From Lophium mytilinum (lineage: Eukaryota): a stretch of 64,000 nucleotides of DNA. The notes beneath the pieces are model-generated. The model was given only the letters and a program-made list of their open reading frames with translations, did not search any database and was not told the DNA's origin. Location of the stretch: the NCBI GenBank assembly GCA_010093605.1, contig MU004181.1, forward strand, positions 1,488,001-1,552,000, read 5' to 3'. Shown piece by piece: positions 24,598-37,302 of this stretch (positions are counted from its first letter, which is position 1; the number at the start of each line of letters is the position of its first letter). A program made the position numbers and the translations under genes.

Positions 24598-25704
24598 ATG
24601 GTCTCTGCAAAGCCAGAGAACGACACTGCGCTAGAGAAGAGAGGCCGTTTCGCTTTCTTCAAACATGGTCCCAAGGACCGCCCAAAGCTATCCAAGCGAC
24701 CCTCCGACGAGCTTCGCGCTTCCGATCCTACAGACATAGCCATCAAACGAAACGCCATGCTCTTGTTGGACGACATTGAGCATCCTCTCCCAGACTCTGT
24801 CATCGAGTCCGAGTTCAACCTGCTCGGCAATTCTGTCGAGGCTCACGTCTGCAAATTCTACCAAGATGGCCAAGGCAAAGAAGTCAACCAATTCGCGGTT
24901 GAGCACGCCACGACAGGCCTCTCCATCCCCTGGCTCACCATCCTCAGCCTGCTAGGCCAAGAAGATACACGGATGCGGGCAATTTGCCTCTGCATATCAT
25001 GGACTCTGCTATCCCGCAGTCTCCTCCTTAAGCTTGGCCTCAGCTCCAGCCCAGGGAGCACCTTCCTCCCGCCCGAGATCGTCGAGTGTTTCCAGTCCTT
25101 CTCGAGCGTCCTCAGCGGCGCCATGAGCGGCGGCGCCGAGCGTCAAGAAGGTGCACCGCCTTCTCTACCTCCTATGCAACGTGCCGTTCCCGTCCATGTC
25201 CCCAACCTTACCTCACTCGAGGTTGCGCGTGGTAAGAGAACTGGACTAACTCGCGGCCCCGACGAGCGCGTAGTTCACTTCGCCCTCCTCTCGCGCTGGA
25301 AGCAGATCTCTGCTACCCTGATGCACAGCACGTATGTGCGCGACAGCTTCTCGCATTTCGACTCGCGCACGATCAATATCGAGCGTGCGATCAACGATCT
25401 CGATCCGCTGCTGAGAACGTATGCGTCGACGAATCCGATGGATAATGAGGCGAGGCTGACGGACCTGAGGGATATCCTGAGGCAGGGAGCTAAGTTTGCG
25501 TTCCTGCTGTTTAGCCAGCCGTGTTTCTGGCAGTTTGACTGGAAGGAGGAGGTGGGGAAGGGGAAGGGCACTTGGGCTGTGGCGATGGGGAATGGGAATC
25601 CGGTTGTTTGGCCAAATTTGATGAGAGTGATGAACGAAGAGGGTAAGAGGTTAGAGGTGCCGGATGTGTTGGGGCGGAAGAGGTTTTTGAGGGATGGAGA
25701 GTAG
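24598..25704 (+). CDS. Hypothetical fungal protein (368 aa)
   Basis: Long ATG-initiated ORF with protein-like composition; no motif recognised with confidence. Confidence 0.7.
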   Translation: MVSAKPENDTALEKRGRFAFFKHGPKDRPKLSKRPSDELRASDPTDIAIKRNAMLLLDDIEHPLPDSVIESEFNLLGNSVEAHVCKFYQDGQGKEVNQFAVEHATTGLSIPWLTILSLLGQEDTRMRAICLCISWTLLSRSLLLKLGLSSSPGSTFLPPEIVECFQSFSSVLSGAMSGGAERQEGAPPSLPPMQRAVPVHVPNLTSLEVARGKRTGLTRGPDERVVHFALLSRWKQISATLMHSTYVRDSFSHFDSRTINIERAINDLDPLLRTYASTNPMDNEARLTDLRDILRQGAKFAFLLFSQPCFWQFDWKEEVGKGKGTWAVAMGNGNPVVWPNLMRVMNEEGKRLEVPDVLGRKRFLRDGE

Positions 25705-27239
25705 TCCACCGGTGCTTGGGGAGGGGTTTCCTGGGTAAGTGGATGTGTGTTGTGTACGGTGGTGCTTCCAGTCGGCGTTTCGGCGTTTTTGGGTGTAATA
25801 TTGGGCTGTCTGTGAGTCTACAGTCACTACGATTCTCAGTATGGCGTTGATATGTGCTTCAGGTCTCTACGCTAAGGGAGATATGAGAACTATATATAGC
25901 ACTGCACACAATTGATTTGACTGGAGAGTTTCATTCATTCCAAACTAACAGTTGGTCTACAGAATATCTTTCTTGGCTTGGCTCGGAGACAGCAGTATTT
26001 AATGATGTGTCCTAAAGAAACGCTGAAATCCTTTCATCATATGATTTTATTTTGCCCCGGTTACCGTGATAGGTTAGTGTCAAGCTACTGTCAACACAAG
26101 GCGGTTCCTTTTGACTACGTCGGCAGCGCCACCTCCTTGACCTACGTAATCCATCCTTAGCTATTCACCCAAGTTCGATGCTCCCTGGCTAGCCGGGCAG
26201 CTTGTCCCTGCAAGAGCCAGCACAGTCCGCTGAGAGGCGGGACCTGCGCAACTCTGCTTACACGACTCCGGCACAGCCCTCGCACCGACATCGAGGGCCT
26301 AAGTGAAGCGCATGTCCCTGCAATATTGAATATCTGCTGGCCCGATGCAGCATGTGGATCGGTGAACGAACTGGTCTGCATGCTGTGCTCGAGCAACAGC
26401 TGTCCACGTTCGCAGCATTCACCCATACGGCGGCCCTTCAACCAGCCACCTTGTTTCGCGCTGGGCGCTCCCGTAACACTGCTGGGTGCCCGTCTTGCTT
26501 GCTTTGGCGCTGGCCGTTGCATCATGACGCGCCAGTTCCGCCCGTGAGCGCCGGGTGCGGTCGTTGAGGGCTGCTGCGAGCTGAGGGAGAGCTGGTGTCT
26601 CGCAGACCCCCAGCACGGTGCAGCCATTCACGCGGCTCCACGGGCACTCCGAGGGCTCCAGATGGCTCCCCAACGAGGCAGTCGGCGGACGCGTGTGGGC
26701 CTGTTGATGCGGTTGCGGTGCTCCAAATAGCCTGCTACCATCATTCCAGGTGCATCAGTGCCGCTCGTGTGCTCCATGTCGGCTCCGTGACACTCTTCTC
26801 AGTGTGCCATTACTTAGTCCCTCCGGTGCAGTAGTAGTTCGCTGCCTTCTGCTCGCTTGTGCTCTTCGCTCTTTGCTATCACTCGCTATTTGACTGTGCT
26901 GCACTCGCTCTCACGTGCTGCGCGCTGCCCACTCGTCCACGGTACTGCACCTGGGTTCCATCAATACTACCCCAATAACAGTGTATGCAATAGCAGTGCA
27001 TGCAATATTTCTCCTGCACCTGACGCGCCTGAGCGGCACTGGCCACCTTGACCGTGGACGTCAGACTGGGCCCGGCCGTTGAGTGGGCTCCGTGGGCTCT
27101 GTGGACTTGCCTGGCTCCTTCCTAGCTCCACCTTCCTTGGCTTCCCTCCAGGGCTCCTTCCAAGTCGCTCGCAACCTCCACCACCACCATCGACATCACC
27201 ACTCCTGCCCACCTCCTCACGGGCTCCTCTCTCGCCGCA

Positions 27240-30200
27240 ATGCACAAAATCTCAAACTTCACCGGGCAGGCCCGCCACGGCTGGGAGAAGATGACGCCCT
27301 CGATGGGCTTCGGCATGTCCAGGTCCACCAACCAGCATGACCTGCCCATCACCACGCCCACGAAACGCCCCTCCGCCCAGCCGACTGCTCCGCCGGCCAT
27401 CCCGCCAGGCACACAGGTCAACTGCTCCTTCAATGTGCCGTTCAACTCCAACCTGGCTGGGCCCGACCTCGACGACATCATGTACGCGAGCCCGGGAGCG
27501 AGCGCACGCTGGACACACCCGGAAGGGTCGGCTGAGGGCACTCCGAACCACAAACTCCCCGTGCACGCTCAGAACGTCGAGAATCTGCGGATGCTATGTC
27601 GCGAACTGAGCGATACCAGCGATGGCCGCTTGCAGGCTACTGTTGTCTCGTCGGAGCCAAAGCCGCTGCCCGGTCTGCAGCGAGGGCCACTACGGGCTCT
27701 GGTCACTAACGTCTGCCTCTCTGGAGAGCTGGAGCTCGTCACTGCAGTACGGGGTCAGATTCTCAACCAAAGCCCCATCTCGCTGGTATGTCATACTGCC
27801 CTCATTGCCACTAATCAATGCTGACGGTGCTGGATTTCTAGAGATCATCTCACGTCGATATCGATACGGATCTGATCATCGACGGCCCTTCCCAGTCGAT
27901 CCAGTCTCTGGTACTAAACCAGCTAGATCGCATCTCGAAACTCACCAAAGCCGACATTTTCGTGCTCATGCCGAAGAATCAGGACATCGAGTCTGCAAGC
28001 TTCAATGGCAATCTGGAGACCGGCTTGGACTCTCGGCTGCGATGTGCCATATATGGCAACTTGGAGACCATGGAGCATGCAAAGACTCGCATCCTGATTC
28101 TAATCGACCAGATTGTAACTATCCCCACTATCGTCATCGACACGCACGAAAACTTGCTAATATCACAACACAGCTCCATCGGCACGTGGACCAGCTGAAA
28201 CTCGAACTATCGATGCACACTCTAATATGCGGACGGGCCCGGAAACACATCAAGCTAATCGAGTCCGCTACAGGCACCGCCATTTACTTCCCGCCTCCAT
28301 TCCCCCGCGTCTTTGGCTACACTCCACCAGAAGCTGAACGCCGACCAGAGGACCTGATCTACATTACGGGAAAGACAATGGACGATATCCGTCTAGCCAA
28401 GGCGAAGCTTCATGATTTGGTTCTGGCGACAAAGGTCTACGTAAAACCCGTACACGTAACAGAAACCAAGATCGACAGCATCCTGCTCGAACGCCTCGAC
28501 AAGGTTCGCAAAATCATTGAGACTAACGGTACTTATGTCCTCTTCCCGAGGCTTGGTGAACAGCGCGGTTTGCTCCGGGTCCAGGGTAGTGATGTCTTGG
28601 CTGTGGAGCGTACCGTGCGGGAGATGATGTCCTTGGTATGTACCTTTGTGCTCGAACTATGGAACTTGTCTAATCCTATCTAGGCTGGTCAATTCTACAG
28701 CGCCTCTTGGTTCATCACCCATCCTGACCCTACGCAACGCCCGCCGACCCCAAGCGACGTCCGTGCTATGCTGTCAGACATCTGCATCAATTCCGGTGCT
28801 GAGATCAGCTTCGAGAAACTGAACTTTCACATATATGGCTCCGATGACGCAGTGAAGGCCGCGATGATGGTCATCAACAATATTCCCTTCGTGAAAAAGT
28901 CGCAGTACAATATGAGCGTCAAGATTGAACTGGCCAACGAGCACAAGGAATTTGTCAGCGGCAAGAAAAATGGCAAGATCAACAAAATTATGGGCCACAG
29001 TAGCGTGCAGATCGTGTTTGATGGCTTTAACGAGTATAACTTCTACATCGTTGTCCGTGGCGCGCAGTACGACGCAACAAAGAGCGGGTTGGACTTGGTC
29101 GAACAGGAGATGCCTGCCGCTATCGCATTCCACGTCCCTGACCAGTACCACAAGCGGATCATCGGCATCGGCGGCCAACATATTCAGCGAATCATGAAGA
29201 AGTATTCGGTCTTCGTCAAATTCTCCAACGCAATGGACCGCGGTGGCCTCGGCAAGGAAGAGGATGACATGAAGGTGGACAACGTCATCTGCCGCACTCC
29301 TGCCCGCAATGCGCAGAACCTGGATCTTGTCAAGCAAGAGATCATGGATATGGTAGAGAAGGTTGATGCCGAATTTGTTTCCGAACAAGTCCCCATCAAC
29401 CGCCTGTACCACCGTAACCTCATTGCTCATATGGACAAGATTGATGAACTTGAGAAGAAGTACAACTGTAAAATCACCTTCCCAAGCACAGAGCAAGCGA
29501 GCGATATTGTTACTGTTTCGGGACCTGAATATCAGGTCCCCTTGGCAGTGGATGAATTCTTGGTAATGGCGAATGACTTGCAATCCTATGCATCCTCAAC
29601 TGACGAATAATCCAGGGCATGGTCCCCGAGAAACATGAAATTGCTTTCCCCACTAGTCCTAAGCTAGGAGAGTATATACGATCTGCTGAGTTCCAACAAG
29701 ACGTCCTGGTGAAACTGAAAGATCAATACGTAGTCGAATTGCGCCTCAAGCAACCTCAAAATGAGACTATCGACGGAACCGATCAACAGTTTGAGTCGCT
29801 TGAAATGGCCTACACCCGCAACAACGCCGGTGGCCTGAAAGACGCCATCGACTTTCTAGTCAATCAATTGGTTATGCATGGCTTGGATGCTAATACCATT
29901 AGAGGTGCTATCCCGCGCCCAAAGTCCGACTCGTTTGAAGAGTCGTTGCCCTTTTTTGAGTCGAAACTGCTTCAGCGTGCGGAACCCCCGGTCGAAACTA
30001 CCGATTCTCCCACCCGGTCTCATTTTGGCGATGACGCTACGGAAAGATCTGGCTTCCTCGACCGCCTCCGCAAGCCGGGCAGCATGTCCTCCTTTACTTC
30101 CATTCTCGAACGCCGTAAAAACGGTTCAAACTCTCCCGGTTCATTGTTCAAGCATGCCTCGAGCAATGCGTCCAAGGCATCGCTTGCCAGCATCGAGTCT

Positions 30201-30449
30201 CAAGGCAGTGGCTACCGCAACCCTTGGAACGACAGCGGCATAAACTTGCCAGACGAAGAACACCACACCAACGGCTGGCCAGTCCCAGCTCCGCGATTCG
30301 AGAACAAATTCCCCTTTGGTTCGAGCTCTTCCACCCTGCCCGGCGATATTACGCCGCGGTACGATCCGCGGGGCTCCGTTGATAGCGGACGCCCTGGCAC
30401 GTCTCATTCTGCATCTGGATACCCGGCCCCTATTGGGCCTCCCCGTTAA
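27240..30449 (+). CDS. Multi-KH-domain RNA-binding protein (YLL032C/Mug60-like); 5 exons
   Basis: KH GxxG loops HTLICGRARKHI, FVSGKKNGKINKI and HKRIIGIGGQHIQRI; GT-AG introns near 27786, 28114, 28636 and 29563; low-complexity C-terminus. Confidence 0.88.
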
Positions 30450-31153
30450 AAGTTTCACGGATTTCAATCTCAGTCGAATCACGAACACAAACGAAATACC
30501 CCACTCTGATTCGATGCCTCCCAAAAGAAATATACCCATCCGGCGAACAAGTGCGAAAAGCTAGTTGTTGCTGGTTCTTCTCTCAGTTTTTCTCTTGCTT
30601 TTGTGGTTTCTCTTTTGGTTTTTGTTACTGTTGTCGCGGAGATTGTGCTGGTTCGCTTTCCTTAATCAGTTGTTACTCGAGGGCGTTTTGAGAGATGAAG
30701 AGAGACGAGATGATTCCCCCATGGCGCAAAAAGAAATATACCATTGCTTTTGGATATGTTTTTGGTTCGGTCTCTTTGGTGTATGCTGGTATTGTATCTG
30801 ATTCGACGTCAGCTTGTGGCGTCGATGGCAAGGTGGTGTAGGAACGGGTGGTGTCGGATCGGGCCGGAGGAGTAGTGAAGTGTGATACCTCTTGGAGATG
30901 GTGTTGGTAGCTGGTGTCAACAAAGACGAGACCCTCTCCGGATGGGTTTACTTCTGACAAACTTCGAGATCGAGATCGAAGAGGTGGAAGACAGGAAGTT
31001 GAACAGTTACAGACGATTATAAATTAGATTGGACACCACGTACCTCTGTATATTGACATCTATGTCATCCCCTATCTGAAGGGACAAGATCTCGCCAGAC
31101 AAGAAATATAGTTCAAACCTCATCACATTGACAAATTAAGAGTGTTAGCAATG

Positions 31154-31171
31154 CACGTGACGTGTGACGTC
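31154..31171. promoter_or_regulatory. CACGTGA (bHLH/Cbf1-like) overlapping two TGACGT (CRE-like) motifs upstream of rhodanese
   Basis: CACGTGACGTGTGACGTC about 100 bp before ATG 31268. Confidence 0.4.
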
Positions 31172-31267
31172 GATTACCGCGGTTCTTTCCAGCCAACTTC
31201 ACGACCACCGTTTCGATCGCAACAACACCAACACAATCCAAGCTTCCAACCACATCCAAAGCTACCA

Positions 31268-31862
31268 ATGGCTTCCAAATGCGCCCTCTTCACCATTCCC
31301 TTGCGCTCCACATCCTCCCTGCGCCCTCGCCCGCAATTCATCCTACGATCCCGGACCAGAGCTGCACAACCCGCCTCCTTCAACCCAGCGCTCAAGCCAT
31401 TGAGCCAGACACGGTGGCTCTCCTCCTCGGTCGAGAAATCCAAACCCTACGCCTTCGAGGATGTGAAAGCTCTTATAGAGAAGGATGACAAGGACGTCGT
31501 ACTCATAGGTATTGCACCCCTTCCCCTCCCCGCCTCCCTCTTAAACAGACCTCAGCTCATCAACCCCCCTCCAACTAGATGTCCGCGAACCTGCCGAATT
31601 CGCCGCCGGCGCCATCCCCACCGCGCTCAACCTCCCCATCTCTTCGCAGCCCGATGCGCTGTTCCTACCGCCGGATGAGTTTGAGGATAGGTTCGGGTTC
31701 CAGAAGCCGGATATTGGGAAGGAAGTTGTGTTTTATTGCAAGGCTGGGGTTAGGAGTGCGGCGGCGGCGCAGTTGGCGCGGCAGGAGGGGTGGGAGAGGG
31801 TAGGGGAGTATCGTGGGAGTTGGTTGGATTGGGAGAAGAGGGGCGGGAAGGTGGAGAAGTGA
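31268..31862 (+). CDS. Mitochondrial single-domain rhodanese / thiosulfate sulfurtransferase (RDL2-like); 2 exons
   Basis: Arg/Ser-rich presequence; VLI|DVREP..E..G.IP.A.N.P, active-site FYCKAGVRS, YRGSWLDW; intron 31509-31578. Confidence 0.9.
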
Positions 31863-34789
31863 GAGGGTCGGGGAGCGGGTTGGGGGGATGGCTGTAGTGG
31901 GGTGATATCAAGATTTCGAGAGTGTTTCACTGCAGCATGCTGGGATGAGTGAGAGTTTGTGAGGCTGGCATGTTGGGGCGGGTTGGAAGAGTTGGGAGGC
32001 GTGAAATGGCTTCTATGCGTGGGTGGTTGTGGTTGAGATTATGGGGCAGGATCTCTGGTGTGCTGTACTTAGTACATCCGTGAGTTATCATTTTCTACAT
32101 TATCTCATATCTTCAGGTCTTCGTGCAGATGCAAGTTCTATTCGTTCTAACACATCCATCAGAGTACGGACATACAGTTCGGTGGCATGATGCATGCTGG
32201 TTTTAAAGCATTCTAGGTGGCTCAGGAAAATGGACACACATGTCTAACACTTACATTAAGAGTATTGTTCTGTTTCTCAATGCTTTCATATGTAACAAAG
32301 CTCTCCATCTTTCGAGGTACTTCTGTCAAACTCTCGGCTGGGCTGATCACGCCTAGCTAGATAAGATTGGTTTTCAACTAGGTATTCCTCTTCTGTTAGG
32401 CTAAATCTTCTCATCAAGAAGCATAGCTACTTTTTCTACGCGTAAGGAGAACTAGCGTAATAACGTCATTATCCTTCGCTCTAAATTTTCAGAGCTCGCG
32501 TCCCATATTAGGAGGAAATTTCGATAGTTGTATTGCGTATATACCGTTCCCGCAAGCTCAAGCAGCCGAGGACTTCTATGGGCGACATTCGGGGACGTTT
32601 CTAAAGTGGAGAGGCGGCCCTGTCCTTTCCTGGGGTAAGGAATGAACGCTCCGATTCTTCTTCTTCTTCTTGTTCGCTATCCTCATTGTTATTCCGGATG
32701 CTAGCAGACTCTTTAGGCTCGGCGAAGCGATCAAGGTGGAAGGCCTGCTGCTCGATGATGTGGCAGAATCTGGTAACAAACGTACGTCCCAGTACCCTAT
32801 CGCTTCCATCGAATAGCATAGGAAGCTGTTGATTGGGAAAACCAGTAATAGGTCTGCCGACGCATGGGCAGGGATTCGATTGCCTAGTGGAAAATGGCGA
32901 GGAGGCCGACGCCGAACGTAAGCAACTCGACTGGAACGATGGCTGAGAAGTTGGAGATCGAGCGCTGTGAGAATGCATTACTAGTCAGGAAGTCGGCTTT
33001 TGCACCACAGGGAGAGAGCAATGGGTACGTACTGAAGGCTACGTGTGCCATGCTTTGGGTAACAATTGCAGATATCAGAGAGCCTGCACTGGAAGCAACA
33101 TGGATGGATGTCAGGAGACCAGGGCCATATGGCTGGGGCAAATTGGCCACGGCCCGCCATCAAGTATGCTCCCAGCATCTTCACAGAGCTTCACGGTAAG
33201 CAGTTCCACGCGACAACTGCGATGCCTCTGTCGGACTATCACCTACGCTAGGGGCTACCTAGAGCTGAAACTGACCAGCGATATATATACTCAGTCTCCA
33301 TCTTCCAGCCCACGGGATTGTGCGAAAACGGCTCTCAGCTTCGAACATTCGAGATGAAACTGACCTTTCAGACAGCCAGCTGTGAACTTGTTCCTCTTTC
33401 GCAATCCACGAGACGTAATAGCCGTCTTCCTGATGTTGAATTTAGCCGTTGGTTGAATAAATCAAGATCGTAAACGGTACGCTTTGGGGTCATGATTTCT
33501 TTCCTTATCATCTCTCCAACAAATCCCGAGTCTGGGCCGGACTGGCCCTATAATCTTGCTACATAGCACTCGTGCTGCGCAACTGGGCTCCTGAAATCCC
33601 ACAGTTTAGTTGTGGTGGCATGATGAGGTCTCCAGTGTCCCCCAGTCTGAGTGTTCGTTTCTGAGTCAATATGCTTTCCCCGCCCATCGCGGAGGCCGAT
33701 TACGGCTCTAGCGCGCCACAATCAGCTTGTCACACACACCGTTTCTGATGCAGGATACACAAAGCTTGAGAAGAGCCTCGCGGATCTAGTCGATCGCATC
33801 CTACTTACATTACTCCGAAGGTTGAGATCACTCATCACGTGACACTCCCCACAGCTTGGTTCGATGTGCCAACGACGTCCATCATTCACCTGGGACTTCT
33901 GAGACCTCTATTCACCACACCACAATATATGCCCATTTTCACCGCCACTAACAGCATACTACATAACCTTGTAAACTTCTGAGACTGTTCCGCAGACGTT
34001 TTGAGCAGTTGAAGCAGGAACATCGACTCGGAATAGTGCTCAGCTGACCGGACCTCCACATCCTTTCGAGCCAGCGCCTCCAAACGCCATCCAGTCATCC
34101 CCGCACTTCTTCGGCATTCAGTAACCAAGAGTTGTGTCGAAACCTTCACAGATCGCCCTAGTCCGTTACTTTCTCCTGGACTTCACCCTTACCGGAGATG
34201 TATGAATCAGCTCCCTAAGTAAGCTTTGTATCTTAGTATTAGCTTATATTGGCCAGCGAACGTGGGAGCGAGTCCGGTTTCTGCAAGCCACGTTGTGCAC
34301 TAGCTACCTGCTATCAAATCGGACCCCAGCTTTTTCAACTAGTCTTTACCCTAAATTTTTCCCCGTGGGGAAGCTGACCATGCCTACGGTACCGGAATTG
34401 CTATCTGTGAAGGTGGGGCAGGGCTCCATCTAGTATGGCCTGGATGTAGACTGCTGTTTTCATGGGAATTCCGAAACCTGCCATATGGTATAAGTATAGC
34501 TGCACGCATCCCAGTCCGTCATACAATACTAAACCATAAGTTTGGGCACATAGACTCATTACACCTTGGCACCAACTTGCTTATTCGACACCACTGTTGG
34601 GGGTAGCCTGGCTGCTGAGCCGCCAATTAGTCAAGAGGTAGTCCAATTTACACTGCTTGAACCTCGACATCACCCTTCGATCTTCGAAATCCTGTGGGGA
34701 ATCCCAAGCAGTATCGAGTTAGTGTGCCGAGACTTGTGGCCTGTCACTGTACGAAAGCATCTTTCCTCGCGAAGAAGACTCTGCCCAGT

Positions 34790-36840
34790 ATGGAGACTTC
34801 GCAAAAACCTCACCCTGATACGATACGTATCGACGAGGAACTCGAAGAGAAAGTCGGAGAGAAAACTCAACATGTCGAAAACGTGGATTCATCTACGATG
34901 CATAGCTCAGACAATGGTTATGATACACGAATGACTTTCCGACGTTTCATGGCTATCATGGTAAGTCTGTCGGCTTTTGAAAAAATAGAGAGTCGAGCGC
35001 TCACAGTTCACTCCGCAGTCAATTGGAATCTGCTTCTTTTCGTGCATTTGGTCGATCTTCGCAATATCCAATCTTATCACCATCATCAACGAAGATCTAG
35101 GTATGAACAGAGGTGGTAATTCTGTGTGTTTCCATGGCTGACGCTACCTCTCTAGGCCCCTCTGAATCCTACACCTGGATGGCTACCGCGCAAGTCCTGG
35201 CTGGCGGGATTCCGACTGTTGTTTTGGGCCGTCTCAGCGATATATATGGACGTCGTCTTTTCATTCTAATCGGGGCCGTACTCGGGATCCTCGGGGCTGC
35301 GATATGTGCCAACGCTACTTCGGTACCTATGTTCATTGGAGGTAGTGCAATCCTTGGCGTCACCTACTCTTTCTACCAGCTATCTTGGGCTGCAATCGGT
35401 GAGCTGGTGGAGAAAAGGCACCGACCTGTGGTTTTTGGACTGATGGAAGCATCCGCTGGGTTGTCTGGCACGTTTGGACCCGTCATTGGTATGTGAGATC
35501 TGAAGAATCCTCCTTCAGAACAACTGCTGACGCTCCTCTCCCTTTAGCTAACCTGCTTGCAACTCGCGCAACTTGGCGCTTGGACCTTTGGATTTCGTTC
35601 ATCCTGAACGTAATCTGTCTTGTCCTTGTCTTCTTCTTCTATCGCCCGATACACCATCGGTTGGACGATCCTGATAAGACATTCTGGCATCACCTCAAAG
35701 AGATCGACCACGGAGGCATCTTCCTCCTCGTCGGTGGGTTGATTTTGTTTCTTGTAGGCATCTCGTTCGGCGGTATCCAATATCCTTGGTAGGCACTCAT
35801 TCATTGCTCTGTAAGCGTGGCACTAATGAAACATCAGGAAGAGCGCCACGGTCATTTCCATGCTTGTTGTAGGAGGGGTCTTACTGATCATGTTTGGCTT
35901 CTATGAGGCTTATGCTCGAATCCCTTACCCGATACTGCCCTCTGCTCTCTTCACAAATGGAAGAAACTACATGATGATAACTGCAGCTACTACGATCTAT
36001 GGAATGGCCTACTTATCCACAATAGTACTGCTTCCACAGGAGGTTGGCTATCTTTTCACCAAGAACCCGGTCACCATTGGTTGGTACTCTAGTGCAGCTG
36101 GTATAGGCGGGTTCTTGTTCAGCCCTATCGCTGGGTGGATTTTGCAGAAAACGGGCCACGCTAAATGGTTTCTGACGGCGTGTTTGTGTGGCATTGTACT
36201 TGGCTCTGGTATTGGAGCCCTTGTCTGTATGTTTCGTCCTTCTCTTGTGGCGTTGGTCACCTTTGCTAACCAAACCACAGCTACCGACTCTTATGTCGCT
36301 ACCGTAGCTGGTGCTGTTATTGTCAGTGCCTCTTCCGCAGCTACAGGAATGGTCACAACGACAATGGTCCAGGTCATTCTCCCACCTTCCTACATTGGCA
36401 TAGCCACTACCTTCCTCAGTACCTGTCGTTCCGTCGGCGGAGCGATTGCGACAACCGTCTACACCACAATCCTCACCAACTACATAAAGGAACACGAAGG
36501 TACTAACATTGCCGAGGCCGCCGTGAAAGCAGGACTCAACATTCAATACGTCCCTGCGCTTGCGGGAGCGCTCGCGGCCCAGAACCAGACCGCTCTAGCG
36601 CTAGTTCCGGGCGTCACTCCTCTCATCATTGAGGTGTCCGTTGCTGCTATCCTGCACACATTGGTGAAAGCTTTCCGTCTTGTATTCTATACCAGCCTTG
36701 CTTTCGGTAGCTTCGGCATTCTTTGTGCTTTATGCACTAAGAGTGTGGATCAGTATATGACCAAAGATATCGATGTTGCGGTTGAACGAAAGGGGCCTTT
36801 GGCACACGAATCAAGACATGAAGCTGGATTGGAAGCATGA
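34790..36840 (+). CDS. MFS drug:H+ antiporter, TRI12/trichothecene efflux pump-like; 6 exons
   Basis: GRLSDIYGRR motif A, ATWR, RSVGGAI, and many hydrophobic segments across GT-AG introns. Confidence 0.88.
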
Positions 36841-37302
36841 ATTGGACGTCGTCTTTTCGGAGAGGCTTTTCTAGGTTGCGTGGATGAGTTGGGGTCCTTC
36901 TGGACCGTCATTCGTAGTAGTCCTCAGGCAAATCAAATAAATCTCCATCGTGCTCCACCAAGAACGGATATTTGGAATGCAGAATGGTTGAGCTGCGATT
37001 GGTTCACATTCATCCAGATTAGGTAAGCTATATGAACTCACTACCTCCCACAGCGATGGAACTTTGGACGATCGGCTGTAAAATCTTGACAGGCTCACTT
37101 CCGAGTTAGGTTATAGTCAAGCCTCGTATGGTACACTATCGAGCACACCGAGAGAATTATCCATCACGTGACGGTCAGTTAGGCTCCAACCTATATTCCA
37201 CATCTTGCTCAAACGCCTCGACTGTGCTCGCATGGTTCATCGGCCACCAAACTCTTATTCTTTACATCTGGTCCATCTCATTCAATAGCTTTGTAAGGAG
37301 TC

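Noticed and set aside
32576..33357. Possible degenerate membrane-protein gene on the minus strand
   Set aside because: Only one hydrophobic stretch and multiple stops; no diagnostic motif.
36227..36280. Apparent extra hydrophobic segment in the TRI12-like MFS ORF
   Set aside because: An ordinary 54-nt in-frame intron (GTATGT...GCTAAC...CAG).
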